Origin: Chloroflexota bacterium
GTDB taxonomy: Bacteria; Chloroflexota; Anaerolineae; UBA1429
Length of the DNA stretch: 64,000 nt
Direction: 5' to 3'
Assembly: GCA_019873625.1 (NCBI GenBank)
Contig: JAIOAW010000004.1
Location: 33,324 to 97,323, forward strand
The position numbers were made by a program, and so were the translations under genes. Below are positions 36,862 to 45,650 of the stretch, in pieces. The first letter of the stretch is position 1. Each line of letters opens with the position of its first letter. Under the pieces are notes generated by a model. It was not told the DNA's origin. It saw nothing but the letters and a program-made list of their open reading frames with translations, and did not search any database.

Positions 36862-37057
36862 TGCAAAAACCTTTCATATGGGGGGAGAAGATATGCACGG
36901 TTATGCGTAAGGTAGGATATACTGAATATACGATTTGTCAAGAAAAAGCGCCATTTTATAGCGAGTGACGTGGCGTGGAACGTGAATCTCATATAAATCC
37001 TCGCATAGGAGATGAGAAAAAAGGAACGCAAGGCGTCCGCCTCGCGTCGCGGGCCGG

Positions 37058-37107
37058 GAGGCAAGACCCTCACCCTGGCCCTCTCCCGCGTAAGCGGGAG
37101 AGGGGAT
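37058..37107 (+). repeat. 50-bp palindrome-containing repeat, copy 2
   Basis: GAGGCAAGACCCTCACCCTGGCCCTCTCCCGCGTAAGCGGGAGAGGGGAT, a direct repeat of 34112-34161. Confidence 0.85.
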
Positions 37108-37159
37108 GAAGGCGCGAGGGGAATTTTAGAAAAACCCCCGAAATTCCCCCTTTACCCCC

Positions 37160-37216
37160 TTGACAAATGAGGCTCAATCTGCTAGAATATTAGCAGTCAA
37201 GATTCTTGAGTGCTAA
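37160..37216 (+). promoter_or_regulatory. hrcA promoter P1 with CIRCE element
   Basis: TTGACA-17-TAGAAT followed immediately by TTAGCAGTC-N9-GAGTGCTAA (37190-37216). Confidence 0.9.
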
Positions 37217-37274
37217 ATATTTGACCATAACGAACGAGTTTCAAACGAGCGGCTTTTTCAGGCTCGAAAAGGCC

Positions 37275-37333
37275 TTGACAACGGCGCCCAAAGGTGCTAT
37301 GATGTCTTAGCACTCAAAAAGGGCGATTGCTAA
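37275..37333 (+). promoter_or_regulatory. hrcA promoter P2 with CIRCE element
   Basis: TTGACA-17-TATGAT (extended TG), then TTAGCACTC-N9-GATTGCTAA (37307-37333). Confidence 0.9.
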
Positions 37334-37368
37334 AAGGCGCCTCCGAGGGCGCTTAGAAGGAATAGGCT

Positions 37369-38439
37369 ATGACCGATGAACAGCGCGAGCCAGAACGCCA
37401 GGAGGAGGAAGCGCTGACCCCGCGCCAGCGCGAAATCCTGCGGCTCCTGATTCAGGAATATATTGATACCGCTACACCGGTCGGCTCGCACACCCTGCGG
37501 GCCATCGGCGGCCTCGGGGTGAGTTCGGCCACCATCCGCAACGAGTTGGCCGTGCTCGAGGAGATGGGGTATCTCGCCCAGCCCCATACCTCCGCAGGGC
37601 GCGTACCAACGGTCAAGGGGTATCGCTATTTCGTAGAGCGCCTGCTGGGCGATGTGGACTTGCCCTTGCCCAGCAAGCGGATGATCCGCCACCAATTCCA
37701 TCAGATTCGGCTCAACTTGGATCAGTGGATGGAGTTGACGGCGGCCGTGCTGGCGCATACCACGCGGGCCGCCTCGCTCGTCACGGCGCCGCACGCCTCC
37801 AATGCGCGGTTCCGGCACATCCAACTCATCTCCATCCGCGATACGCTGTGCCTGATGATCTTGGTGCTGCAGGATGGGAGCATCCATCAGGAGATGCTGG
37901 TTACCACGGAACCTATCTCGCAGGAGGCGCTGAGCCAGTTATCGAACCAGTTCAACGCCCTCCTGTATAACAAGACGGTTCAGGAGATTGAGGAATCGTC
38001 TCACCCGGAATTGGCCGCGCTGGAGGGCTGGCGGGCCGAGGTCTTGCGGCATGCTCTCTACCTGATGGAGCAGGTGGATCGCCGCTCCATCAGCGAGATT
38101 CACCGCGATGGGCTGATCAACGTCTTGCGCCAGCCCGAGTTCGACGATGCCGAACGCCTGCTCCACGTGCTCGAACTCTTGGAGCAGCGGCACCTGTTGG
38201 AATCCATCTTGGCCAAGACGTTGAACGCCAACGGCGTGCAGATCATCTTTGGGGGCGAAGGCCCTTACGAGGATATCTCGGACGTCAGCCTGGTGCTCTC
38301 GCCGTACGGCGTCCGAGGCAAGGCCACGGGGGTCTTGGGTATCCTGGGGCCGATGCGTATGCCTTACGGCCGCGCCATTTCGGCAGTGCAATATGTGGCG
38401 GAGTTGATGAGCGGGTTGATCCGCGAGATTTATGGATAG
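37369..38439 (+). CDS. hrcA: Heat-inducible transcription repressor
   Basis: LTPRQREIL..LIQEYI.TATPVGS, SSATIRNELA.LE.MGYL.QPHTSAGRVPT.KGYR, LGILGPMRMPY. Confidence 0.97.
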   Translation: MTDEQREPERQEEEALTPRQREILRLLIQEYIDTATPVGSHTLRAIGGLGVSSATIRNELAVLEEMGYLAQPHTSAGRVPTVKGYRYFVERLLGDVDLPLPSKRMIRHQFHQIRLNLDQWMELTAAVLAHTTRAASLVTAPHASNARFRHIQLISIRDTLCLMILVLQDGSIHQEMLVTTEPISQEALSQLSNQFNALLYNKTVQEIEESSHPELAALEGWRAEVLRHALYLMEQVDRRSISEIHRDGLINVLRQPEFDDAERLLHVLELLEQRHLLESILAKTLNANGVQIIFGGEGPYEDISDVSLVLSPYGVRGKATGVLGILGPMRMPYGRAISAVQYVAELMSGLIREIYG

Positions 38440-38472
38440 ACCTATCTCAAAAGGAGTGTGCGGGAATATACG

Positions 38473-39066
38473 ATGGAGGAGACATTGAATAAGGAGACGA
38501 CCCAAGAGCAGGGAGAAACGAGGCCCTCTCAGGAGGAGACGCCGCCCGTGACGGCGCTGGCGCAGGACTTGCGGCAGGAACTGGAGAACTGGCGCAGCAA
38601 AGCCGATGAGTACCTGGACCGCTACCGCCGCAGCGTGGCCGAGTTCGATAACTATCGCAAGCGCCTGGAGCGCGAGCGCGATAGCGAGCGCCTGCGTCTG
38701 AAGATGGAACTCTTGCGAGAGGTGCTCCCTTTGGCAGATGACTTGCACCGCGCGCTCGAGCACCTGCGCGATGACAAGGCCGACGAGACCTGGGTGGAGG
38801 GCGTGGCGCTCATCGCCCGCAAGTTTGATAAACTCCTGGCCGATTCCGGCGTAACGCCCATCGAGGCGGTGGGCAAGCCGTTTGACCCGAACTATCACTC
38901 GGCGGTGATGCGCGAAGAGAGCCTCGAATATCCCGAAGGCATCGTCATCGAAGAATTGCAGAAAGGGTACTTGCTTGAAGGGGCAGTGCTCCGGCCCACG
39001 ATGGTCAAAGTATCGAGCGGGCCTGGCCCGCAAAAGCCCTCGGAGCAGGGCGAACAATCCAAGTAG
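38473..39066 (+). CDS. grpE: Nucleotide exchange factor GrpE
   Basis: [52 protein letters not shown]. Confidence 0.96.
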   Translation: MEETLNKETTQEQGETRPSQEETPPVTALAQDLRQELENWRSKADEYLDRYRRSVAEFDNYRKRLERERDSERLRLKMELLREVLPLADDLHRALEHLRDDKADETWVEGVALIARKFDKLLADSGVTPIEAVGKPFDPNYHSAVMREESLEYPEGIVIEELQKGYLLEGAVLRPTMVKVSSGPGPQKPSEQGEQSK

Positions 39067-39095
39067 CAATCGTTGGTCATTCATAGGAGGAAACC

Positions 39096-40988
39096 ATGGG
39101 AAAGATTATCGGAATTGATTTGGGCACCACGAACTCGGTCGTTGCCGTGATGGAAGGGGGCCAGCCGGTGGTGATCCCCACGGCGGAGGGATCTAACTTG
39201 TGCCCGTCGGTGGTGGCGGTGAACCCCAAGACGGGCGAGCGCTTGGTGGGGCAATTGGCCCGGCGCCAGGCGATCACCAACCCGGAGAACACCATCTATT
39301 CCATCAAGCGCCTGATGGGCCGCAAGTTCAACGACCCTGAAGTGCAAAAGGCGCGGCGCGTTTTGCCGTACAAGATCATCGAAAAGGAAAATGGCGACGC
39401 TTGGGTGGTGATGGGCGGTAAGGAGTATTCTCCCCCCGAGATTTCGGCGATGATCTTGGCCAAACTCAAGGCGGATGCCGAGGCCTACCTGGGCGAGAAG
39501 GTGACGCAAGCCGTCATCACGGTGCCGGCCTATTTCAATGACGCCCAACGCCAGGCCACCAAAGACGCCGGCCGCATCGCCGGGCTGGAGGTCTTGCGCA
39601 TCATCAACGAGCCGACGGCCTCGGCCCTGGCTTACGGTCTGGATAAAAAGAAGGACGAGCGCATCGCCGTGTATGACCTGGGCGGCGGTACGTTCGATAT
39701 CTCCATCTTGGACCTGGGCGAAGGCGTGTTCGAGGTGAAATCCACCAATGGAGACACCTTCCTGGGTGGAGATGATTTTGACCAAATCATTATGGATTGG
39801 ATCATCAGCGAGTTCCGCAAGGACCAGGGGATTGACCTGCGCAACGATCGCATGGCCTTGCAGCGCCTCAAGGAGGCCGCCGAGAAGGCCAAGATCGAAC
39901 TTTCAACGGTGCAGCAGACCGAGATCAACCTGCCGTTCATCACGGCGGATGCCTCTGGCCCCAAGCACCTGAATATGACGTTGACCCGCGCCAAGTTGGA
40001 GCAGTTGGTGGAGCACCTGGTGGAGCGCACGTTTGGCCCGGTGGAACTGGCCCTGCGCGATGCCGGCCTGCGGCCTGAGGAGATTGACGAGGTCGTGCTG
40101 GTGGGCGGGCAGACGCGTATGCCGCTCGTCCAGCGGCGCGTCGAAGAGTTCTTCCGCAAGGCGCCGCACAAGGGCATCAACCCCGATGAGGTAGTGGCCA
40201 TCGGTGCGGCCATCCAGGCGGGCGTTCTCGCCGGCGAGGTGAGCGATGTGCTCTTGCTTGACGTAACGCCCCTGACCTTGGGCATCGAGACCCTCGGTGG
40301 GGTGGCTACGCCGATTATCGAGCGCAACACGACCATCCCGGTGCGCCGCAGCCAGATCTTCTCGACCGCCTCGGATAACCAGACGCAGGTGCAGATCAAC
40401 GTCGTCCAAGGCGAGCGCCCTATGGCGGCCGATAACAAACTGTTGGGCACCTTTATCTTGGATGGCATCCCACCCGCGCCGCGCGGCGTTCCGCAAATTG
40501 AGGTGACCTTCGATATTGACGCGGACGGCATTCTGCACGTCTCGGCGAAGGATAAGGCCACCGGCCGCGAGCAAAAGATCACCATCACGGCCTCGAGCGG
40601 CCTGACGCAAGAGGAGATCGAGCGGATGGTCAAAGAGGCCGAGCGCCACGCCGCGGAGGACCGCCGCCGCAAAGAGTTGGCCGAGGCCCGCAACCAGGCG
40701 GATACGATGGCCTATACGGCAGAAAAGACCTTGCGCGACTTGGGCGATAAGGTGCCGGCGGGGATCCGCTCCAACGTGGAAGATAAAATCAAGGCCGTGC
40801 GCGAGGCGCTCAACAGCGAGGATATCGCCCGTCTGCGCCGTGTGACGGACGAACTGAGCCAGGCCCTCCAGCAGGTGGGCGCGGCGGCCTATCAGCAGCA
40901 GCCGGGCAGCAATCCGCCGCCCTCCGGTGGCAGTGAGCGGCGCGGCGGTGATGATAAGACGGTGGATGGCGAGTTCCGCGAGGTGTAA
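39096..40988 (+). CDS. dnaK: Molecular chaperone DnaK
   Basis: [57 protein letters not shown]. Confidence 0.98.
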   Translation: MGKIIGIDLGTTNSVVAVMEGGQPVVIPTAEGSNLCPSVVAVNPKTGERLVGQLARRQAITNPENTIYSIKRLMGRKFNDPEVQKARRVLPYKIIEKENGDAWVVMGGKEYSPPEISAMILAKLKADAEAYLGEKVTQAVITVPAYFNDAQRQATKDAGRIAGLEVLRIINEPTASALAYGLDKKKDERIAVYDLGGGTFDISILDLGEGVFEVKSTNGDTFLGGDDFDQIIMDWIISEFRKDQGIDLRNDRMALQRLKEAAEKAKIELSTVQQTEINLPFITADASGPKHLNMTLTRAKLEQLVEHLVERTFGPVELALRDAGLRPEEIDEVVLVGGQTRMPLVQRRVEEFFRKAPHKGINPDEVVAIGAAIQAGVLAGEVSDVLLLDVTPLTLGIETLGGVATPIIERNTTIPVRRSQIFSTASDNQTQVQINVVQGERPMAADNKLLGTFILDGIPPAPRGVPQIEVTFDIDADGILHVSAKDKATGREQKITITASSGLTQEEIERMVKEAERHAAEDRRRKELAEARNQADTMAYTAEKTLRDLGDKVPAGIRSNVEDKIKAVREALNSEDIARLRRVTDELSQALQQVGAAAYQQQPGSNPPPSGGSERRGGDDKTVDGEFREV

Positions 40989-41178
40989 CGCGCCTTAGCG
41001 AAAGTATACGGTTAGGGTCGCCTTTCCCTCGGCTCTCTCCTGTGCGAGAGGGCCGAGGGAGAGGGGTGGCGAGGCGGGCGCGAAAGGAGCGCGAGGCTCC
41101 TGCCTCGCGTCGTGGGCCGGGAGGCCCGCGCTCCGAGTGAAGATTTCGCGCTCTATCTGATTGACGAGGGTTCCTCCG

Positions 41179-41649
41179 ATGGCGGATGATAGTCGGCCCT
41201 ATGATAATGGCACGGGCCTTTCGGAAGAGGCGCTGACGCGCAAGGCGCTCTTCCCCGGCCTGGTGTATAACGAACAAGGCCAGCCTGCCGAGGTGGCCTA
41301 CATCGGCGGGGTGGCGCACTATGCCATCCCCGATGATGGCTTCTTGCGCCATGTGGAGGCCTGGGCCGTGGATCGCGTGGTCATCGCCGCGCTCAAAGAG
41401 CAAATCGCCTCCGTCAAAGACGATCTGGTGCTCGCCATCTTGCAGATGCTCGGCAAGGAGGATATCTTTACCAAGGCCGCCGTGGAGGCTTCCATCCGCA
41501 ACCTGGAGCATAACCTGGCGCACGGAGACCCCAACCAGTGGGCGCCTTGGCTCAAACTGATGGGGTTCCGCATCGTGGTGAACGTGCACGGCGAGGTGGT
41601 GGAGATCATCTTCCCCGGCCAGCCGGGCGAAGACGAGGGTGACGAATAG
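41179..41649 (+). CDS. Conserved hypothetical protein
   Basis: ORF after dnaK (LFPGLVYNEQGQPAEVAYIGGVAHYAIPDDGFLRHVEA...LKLMGFRIVVNVHGEV). No recognisable family; it is not DnaJ. Confidence 0.7.
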   Translation: MADDSRPYDNGTGLSEEALTRKALFPGLVYNEQGQPAEVAYIGGVAHYAIPDDGFLRHVEAWAVDRVVIAALKEQIASVKDDLVLAILQMLGKEDIFTKAAVEASIRNLEHNLAHGDPNQWAPWLKLMGFRIVVNVHGEVVEIIFPGQPGEDEGDE

Positions 41650-41701
41650 CCTTTCTCCCAAGCAATGCGGGCCAGGAGGCCTGCGCTCCGGTGTGATATA
41701 G

Positions 41702-41725
41702 AGGGGCACGCGGCAGCGTGCCCCT
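41702..41725. repeat. REP-like palindrome, copy 2
   Basis: AGGGGCACGC-ggca-GCGTGCCCCT between convergent genes. Confidence 0.65.
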
Positions 41726-41730
41726 GTGGT

Positions 41731-42417
41731 TTACGCCCCTCTCAACCTTGCCGCCGGGGCGAGGGGTTTTAGGGCCTCGAGAATCCTCCCCAATGCCTCC
41801 GCCGAGAGGGCTGGCCCCTTTTCTCGCACGGTTTCCGTGGGCACGAACGGCTGAAGGTACCAAGTCTCTTGAGGCTCGATAAGGCGGGCCATATCCAAGA
41901 GGTCTTTTGGGGTGAGGCTGGGGCCGACGGTCGTGCGCAGTTCGTATGGGCAGCGCCCCTGGCGAAGGAGGGCCAGGCTCTCGCGCAGGGCCTCAAGCGG
42001 CACCCGAACGCCCGCCACGCGATGATAGCGCGCATCGAGGGGGGCTTTTAGGTCCAGCGCGATGTAGTCGAGCAGGCCCTCGCCCAGCAACGTGCGCAAG
42101 GCCCCCGGCCGGGTGCCGTTCGTATCGAGTTTGAGGGCAAACCCGAGTGCCTTGATCTCGCGGGCGAGATCCACCAATTCGGCGTGGATGGTCGGTTCGC
42201 CGCCACTGAGGCACACGCCGTCAAGGAGGCCCCGGCGCGTCTGCAGCCAGGCCAATAGGGCCTCGCGGGAGAGCGCCTCCTCGACGGCGTTTTCGTCGAG
42301 CATCCAGCGGTTGTAGCAGTAGCCGCAATCCAGATTGCAACCCGCCAAAAAGACGGTCGCAGCGACCTTTTCCGGAAAGTCTATCAGGCTGACCTTTTGC
42401 AGACCCGCGATCTTCAT
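41731..42417 (-). CDS. nrdG: Anaerobic ribonucleotide reductase activating enzyme (radical SAM)
   Basis: KIAGLQKVSLIDFP...GCNLDCGYCYN (CxxxCxxC), GGEPT, KLDTNG; overlaps the nrdD stop. Confidence 0.9.
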   Translation of the reverse strand: MKIAGLQKVSLIDFPEKVAATVFLAGCNLDCGYCYNRWMLDENAVEEALSREALLAWLQTRRGLLDGVCLSGGEPTIHAELVDLAREIKALGFALKLDTNGTRPGALRTLLGEGLLDYIALDLKAPLDARYHRVAGVRVPLEALRESLALLRQGRCPYELRTTVGPSLTPKDLLDMARLIEPQETWYLQPFVPTETVREKGPALSAEALGRILEALKPLAPAARLRGA

Positions 42418-44561
42418 GAGGCCGCCGTCTCGACCGCCTCCGGCTCAGAACGCGTTTCGATCACGAACGTCTTGCGGAGGGCGTATTCGCTCTTTTTGCC
42501 CTTGTTCCACTGCTGGACGGGCCGCAAATACCCCACCACCCGCGAATAGACCTCGCACGGCTGATGGTCTTCGCACTTGGGGCACTCAAAGTGTTCGCCG
42601 GGCAAATAGCCATGCACCGGGCAGACGCTAAAAGTCGGCGTGAGCGTAAAGTAGGGCAGGCGATAGTGCGTGGCGATGCGCCGCACGAGTTCTTTGGTGG
42701 CCTTGACGGAGGGCAACCGTTCGCCGAGGTAAACGTGCATCACCGTGCCGCCGGTGTATTTGGTCTGCAGTTCGTCTTGCCATTCGAGGGCCTGGAAGAG
42801 ATCGTCCGTCGCATCCACGGGGAGTTGCGTCGAGTTCGTATAATACGGTTCGGCGCCTTCCACGTGGCTCGCCGCGTGGATGATATCCGGGTAGAGGTTG
42901 CGGTCGAGCAGGGCAAAGCGGTAACTCGTGCCCTCGGCGGGGGTCGCCTCCAGGTTGAACATTTGCCCCGTCTCTTCTTGGTATTTCTGCAAGCGGTCGC
43001 GCATAAAATCCAAGACGCGCGCGGCAAAGGCGCGGCCTTTGGGATCGGTGAGGTCCACACCCATAAAGTTCAGGAGGGCCTCGTTCATCCCGTTCAGGCC
43101 GATGGTGTTAAAGTGGTTCGCCCAATACTGGCCAAAGCGCGCCTTGACGCCATCCAAATAGTGCCGGGAGTAAGGGTACAACCCGTGCTCGGTAAAGTTC
43201 TCGATGACCCGCCGGCGGATGAGCAGGCTCTCTTTGGCGATGTCCATCAAACGCGCCACGCGCTCAAAGAACTCGTCTTCCGTCTTGGAAAGGTAGCCGA
43301 TGCGCGCCATATTCAGCGTCACCACGCCGATGCTCCCGGTGAGCGGGTTCGAACCGAACAGCCCGCCGCCGCGCTTGATGAGTTCTTTATTCGAAAGGCG
43401 CAAGCGGCAGCACATCGAGCGCACATCCTCAGGGCGCAGGTCCGAATTGACGAAATTGGCAAAGTAAGGGATGCCGTATTTGGCCGTCATCTGCCAAATG
43501 GGGTCGAGGTTGGGGTTATCCCAATCGAAATCGGCCGTGATGTTGTAGGTGGGGATGGGGAAGGTAAAGACGCGCCCGCGCGCATCCCCCTCGAGCATCA
43601 GTTCGGCGAATGTCCGGTTGAGGAGGTCCATCTCCGGCTGGAACTCGCGATACGTCGCCTCTTGGAATTCGCCGCCGATGATGACTGGCTCGTCGGCCAT
43701 CGTCTGGGGCACCACGAGGTCCATCGTCAAGTTCGTAAAGGGCGTCTGAAAGCCCACCCGCGTGGGCACGTTCAGGTTAAAGATGAACTCTTGCAGGGCC
43801 TGGCGCACCTCTTTAGGCCCTAGGCCGTCATAACGGATAAAGGGCGCCAGGTAGGTGTCAAAGGAGGAAAAGGCCACGGCCCCAGCCGATTCGCCCTGGA
43901 TGGTGTAGAAAAAGTTGACCACCTGCCCCAAGGCGGAGCGAAAATGCTTGGGCGGTTTGCAATCTATCTTCCCGGGCACGCCGCCGAAGCCGCGCAAGAG
44001 GAGATCGCGCAAATCCCACCCGCAGCAGTACACGGCCAGGATGTAGAGATCGTGCAGGTGAATATCGCCGTTGATGTGCGCGTCGCGCACTTCTTTGGGG
44101 TAGAGGCGGTTGAGCCAATAGGCGCTGTTGACCGCCGAAAAGATGTGGTTGTTCAGCCCCTGGAGCGAGAAACTCATATTGCTGTTTTCGTTCACGCGCC
44201 AATCCAAATGCCCCAGGTAGCCCTCGATGAGTTCGTTGGCATCCACCAAGGCGCGGATATCGCGCAGTTTGCTGTGCAGGTCTCGATAGAGGATGTAGGC
44301 CTTGGCCGTTTTGGCATGGCCGTGATGGATAAGCGCCTTCTCGACGAGGTCCTGGATATCCTCCACGGAGGGGATGCGCTGATCTCCGAACTGCGCCTCG
44401 ATCATCTCGACGACGCGGTCGGAGATAAAGACGGCGCGCTCGCGATCATCGCCACCGACGGCCTGGGCCGCCTTGAAGATGGCGTTGGTAATCTTTTCCT
44501 GATCGAAGGGCACGATGCGCCCATCGCGCTTGCGGACGAACTGGACTTTGCGCTCTGCCAT
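42414..44561 (-). CDS. nrdD: Class III (anaerobic) ribonucleoside-triphosphate reductase with ATP cone
   Basis: ATP cone (VRKRDGRIVPFDQEKI), YCCGW, SMCCRL finger loop, Zn site CPVHG...CPKC, and glycyl motif EVYSRVVGYLRP. Confidence 0.95.
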   Translation of the reverse strand: MAERKVQFVRKRDGRIVPFDQEKITNAIFKAAQAVGGDDRERAVFISDRVVEMIEAQFGDQRIPSVEDIQDLVEKALIHHGHAKTAKAYILYRDLHSKLRDIRALVDANELIEGYLGHLDWRVNENSNMSFSLQGLNNHIFSAVNSAYWLNRLYPKEVRDAHINGDIHLHDLYILAVYCCGWDLRDLLLRGFGGVPGKIDCKPPKHFRSALGQVVNFFYTIQGESAGAVAFSSFDTYLAPFIRYDGLGPKEVRQALQEFIFNLNVPTRVGFQTPFTNLTMDLVVPQTMADEPVIIGGEFQEATYREFQPEMDLLNRTFAELMLEGDARGRVFTFPIPTYNITADFDWDNPNLDPIWQMTAKYGIPYFANFVNSDLRPEDVRSMCCRLRLSNKELIKRGGGLFGSNPLTGSIGVVTLNMARIGYLSKTEDEFFERVARLMDIAKESLLIRRRVIENFTEHGLYPYSRHYLDGVKARFGQYWANHFNTIGLNGMNEALLNFMGVDLTDPKGRAFAARVLDFMRDRLQKYQEETGQMFNLEATPAEGTSYRFALLDRNLYPDIIHAASHVEGAEPYYTNSTQLPVDATDDLFQALEWQDELQTKYTGGTVMHVYLGERLPSVKATKELVRRIATHYRLPYFTLTPTFSVCPVHGYLPGEHFECPKCEDHQPCEVYSRVVGYLRPVQQWNKGKKSEYALRKTFVIETRSEPEAVETAAS

Positions 44562-44678
44562 GGGGGTTCCTCCTGTAAGGGTCCGTGATGCTATGGGTAA
44601 ACCGAACCGCGCGCGCGGCCTTTGCCCAAAGATAGAAGACGCCCCATCGAAGGGGCCTCTTGGAACGCTACCATCTCT

Positions 44679-44707
44679 ATTATACACGGAATCTCGCCGG
44701 GACGCAA
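44679..44707 (-). promoter_or_regulatory. sigma70 promoter of nrdDG
   Basis: TTGCGT-17 nt-TATAAT on the minus strand. Confidence 0.7.
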
Positions 44708-44823
44708 GACTTCCTGCGTAAATTTTGGGCGGATTTTTTCAAGGGTACTAGCCCTAGTAAAAGGGTATAATAAGCATACGAGATATGCCCTATGATGGCG
44801 CGTTTCAATAAACGGTAAAACTA

Positions 44824-44835
44824 GAACATATGTTC
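44824..44835. promoter_or_regulatory. LexA (SOS/Cheo-type) box
   Basis: Perfect GAAC-ATAT-GTTC palindrome in the nrdD/yedF divergent intergenic region. Confidence 0.7.
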
Positions 44836-45022
44836 AGGCTCACTCGAAATGCAGAATTTCCTGCAAAAATATCCTCTCCTCTTTTTCTTGAAGGGTGCAA
44901 CGCCTTACCGCCTCGCGCCCAACCATTTGAACACCGTACGGAACATAGGCGCTTGCCATAAGCCGATGGGTTCGCTACAATGGGAGCGCGAACGCTCCAA
45001 GAATCAGAAGGAGGATGGTCCG

Positions 45023-45622
45023 ATGCCCCTTGAGGTAGACGCCCGCGGCCTCCCTTGCCCACAGCCCGTTATCCTGACGCGCAACGCGATGCGCGAGGCA
45101 GAGGAGGTCATTACCTTGGTCTCGGCGCAAGACCAGGTCGCGAACGTGCGGAGGCTCGCCGAAAAGGCCGGCTGGCGGGTTCACGTCGAGGCGCGTGGAG
45201 AGGCCTTTGCCATCCACATTACCAAGCCCCAAGCCGCCCCTCAGGCCCAGCTGACGCCGGCGGAAAGCGCCCCTTCGCCCGCACCGGGCAGGCGCGTCGT
45301 CGTCATCTCCAGCGACCGCATGGGCCGGGGCGAGGACGAACTTGGCCTCATCCTGATGCGCTCCTTCCTCTACGCCCTGGGCGAAGTGGAGCCGGTGCCG
45401 CAGACGATGATCTTTTTCAACACGGGCGTCAAACTCACCGCGGAGGGGTCTCCGGTGCTGGAGGAACTCGCCGCGCTCCAGGCGCGCGGGGTCGAGATCC
45501 TCGTCTGCGGCACCTGCCTGGACTATTTTGGCCTCAAAGATCGCGTGCAAGTGGGCACCATCTCGAATATGTACACCATCGCCGAGACGCTCCTTGCGGC
45601 AGGCCACACCATCACGGTATGA
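45023..45622 (+). CDS. YedF-type sulfurtransferase-like selenium metabolism protein (TusA + DsrE domains)
   Basis: DARGLPCPQPV TusA motif, then MGRGEDELGLILMRSFL...FFNTGVKLT...VCGTCLDYF...GTISNMYTI. Confidence 0.88.
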   Translation: MPLEVDARGLPCPQPVILTRNAMREAEEVITLVSAQDQVANVRRLAEKAGWRVHVEARGEAFAIHITKPQAAPQAQLTPAESAPSPAPGRRVVVISSDRMGRGEDELGLILMRSFLYALGEVEPVPQTMIFFNTGVKLTAEGSPVLEELAALQARGVEILVCGTCLDYFGLKDRVQVGTISNMYTIAETLLAAGHTITV

Positions 45623-45650
45623 TCCATCCCCGCGCATTGACGAGGAGACA

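Noticed and set aside
34112-37107. CRISPR array or IS element
   Set aside because: There are only two full copies about 3 kb apart, with no regular spacers, no cas genes and no transposase.
44562-44672. Cobalamin riboswitch upstream of nrdD
   Set aside because: No B12-box or conserved GGGAA/GCCACTG core is recognisable; only a small hairpin is present.
44849-45022. N-terminal extension of YedF from the ORF track
   Set aside because: A strong AAGGAGG RBS precedes the ATG at 45023; the upstream part is AT-rich leader sequence.
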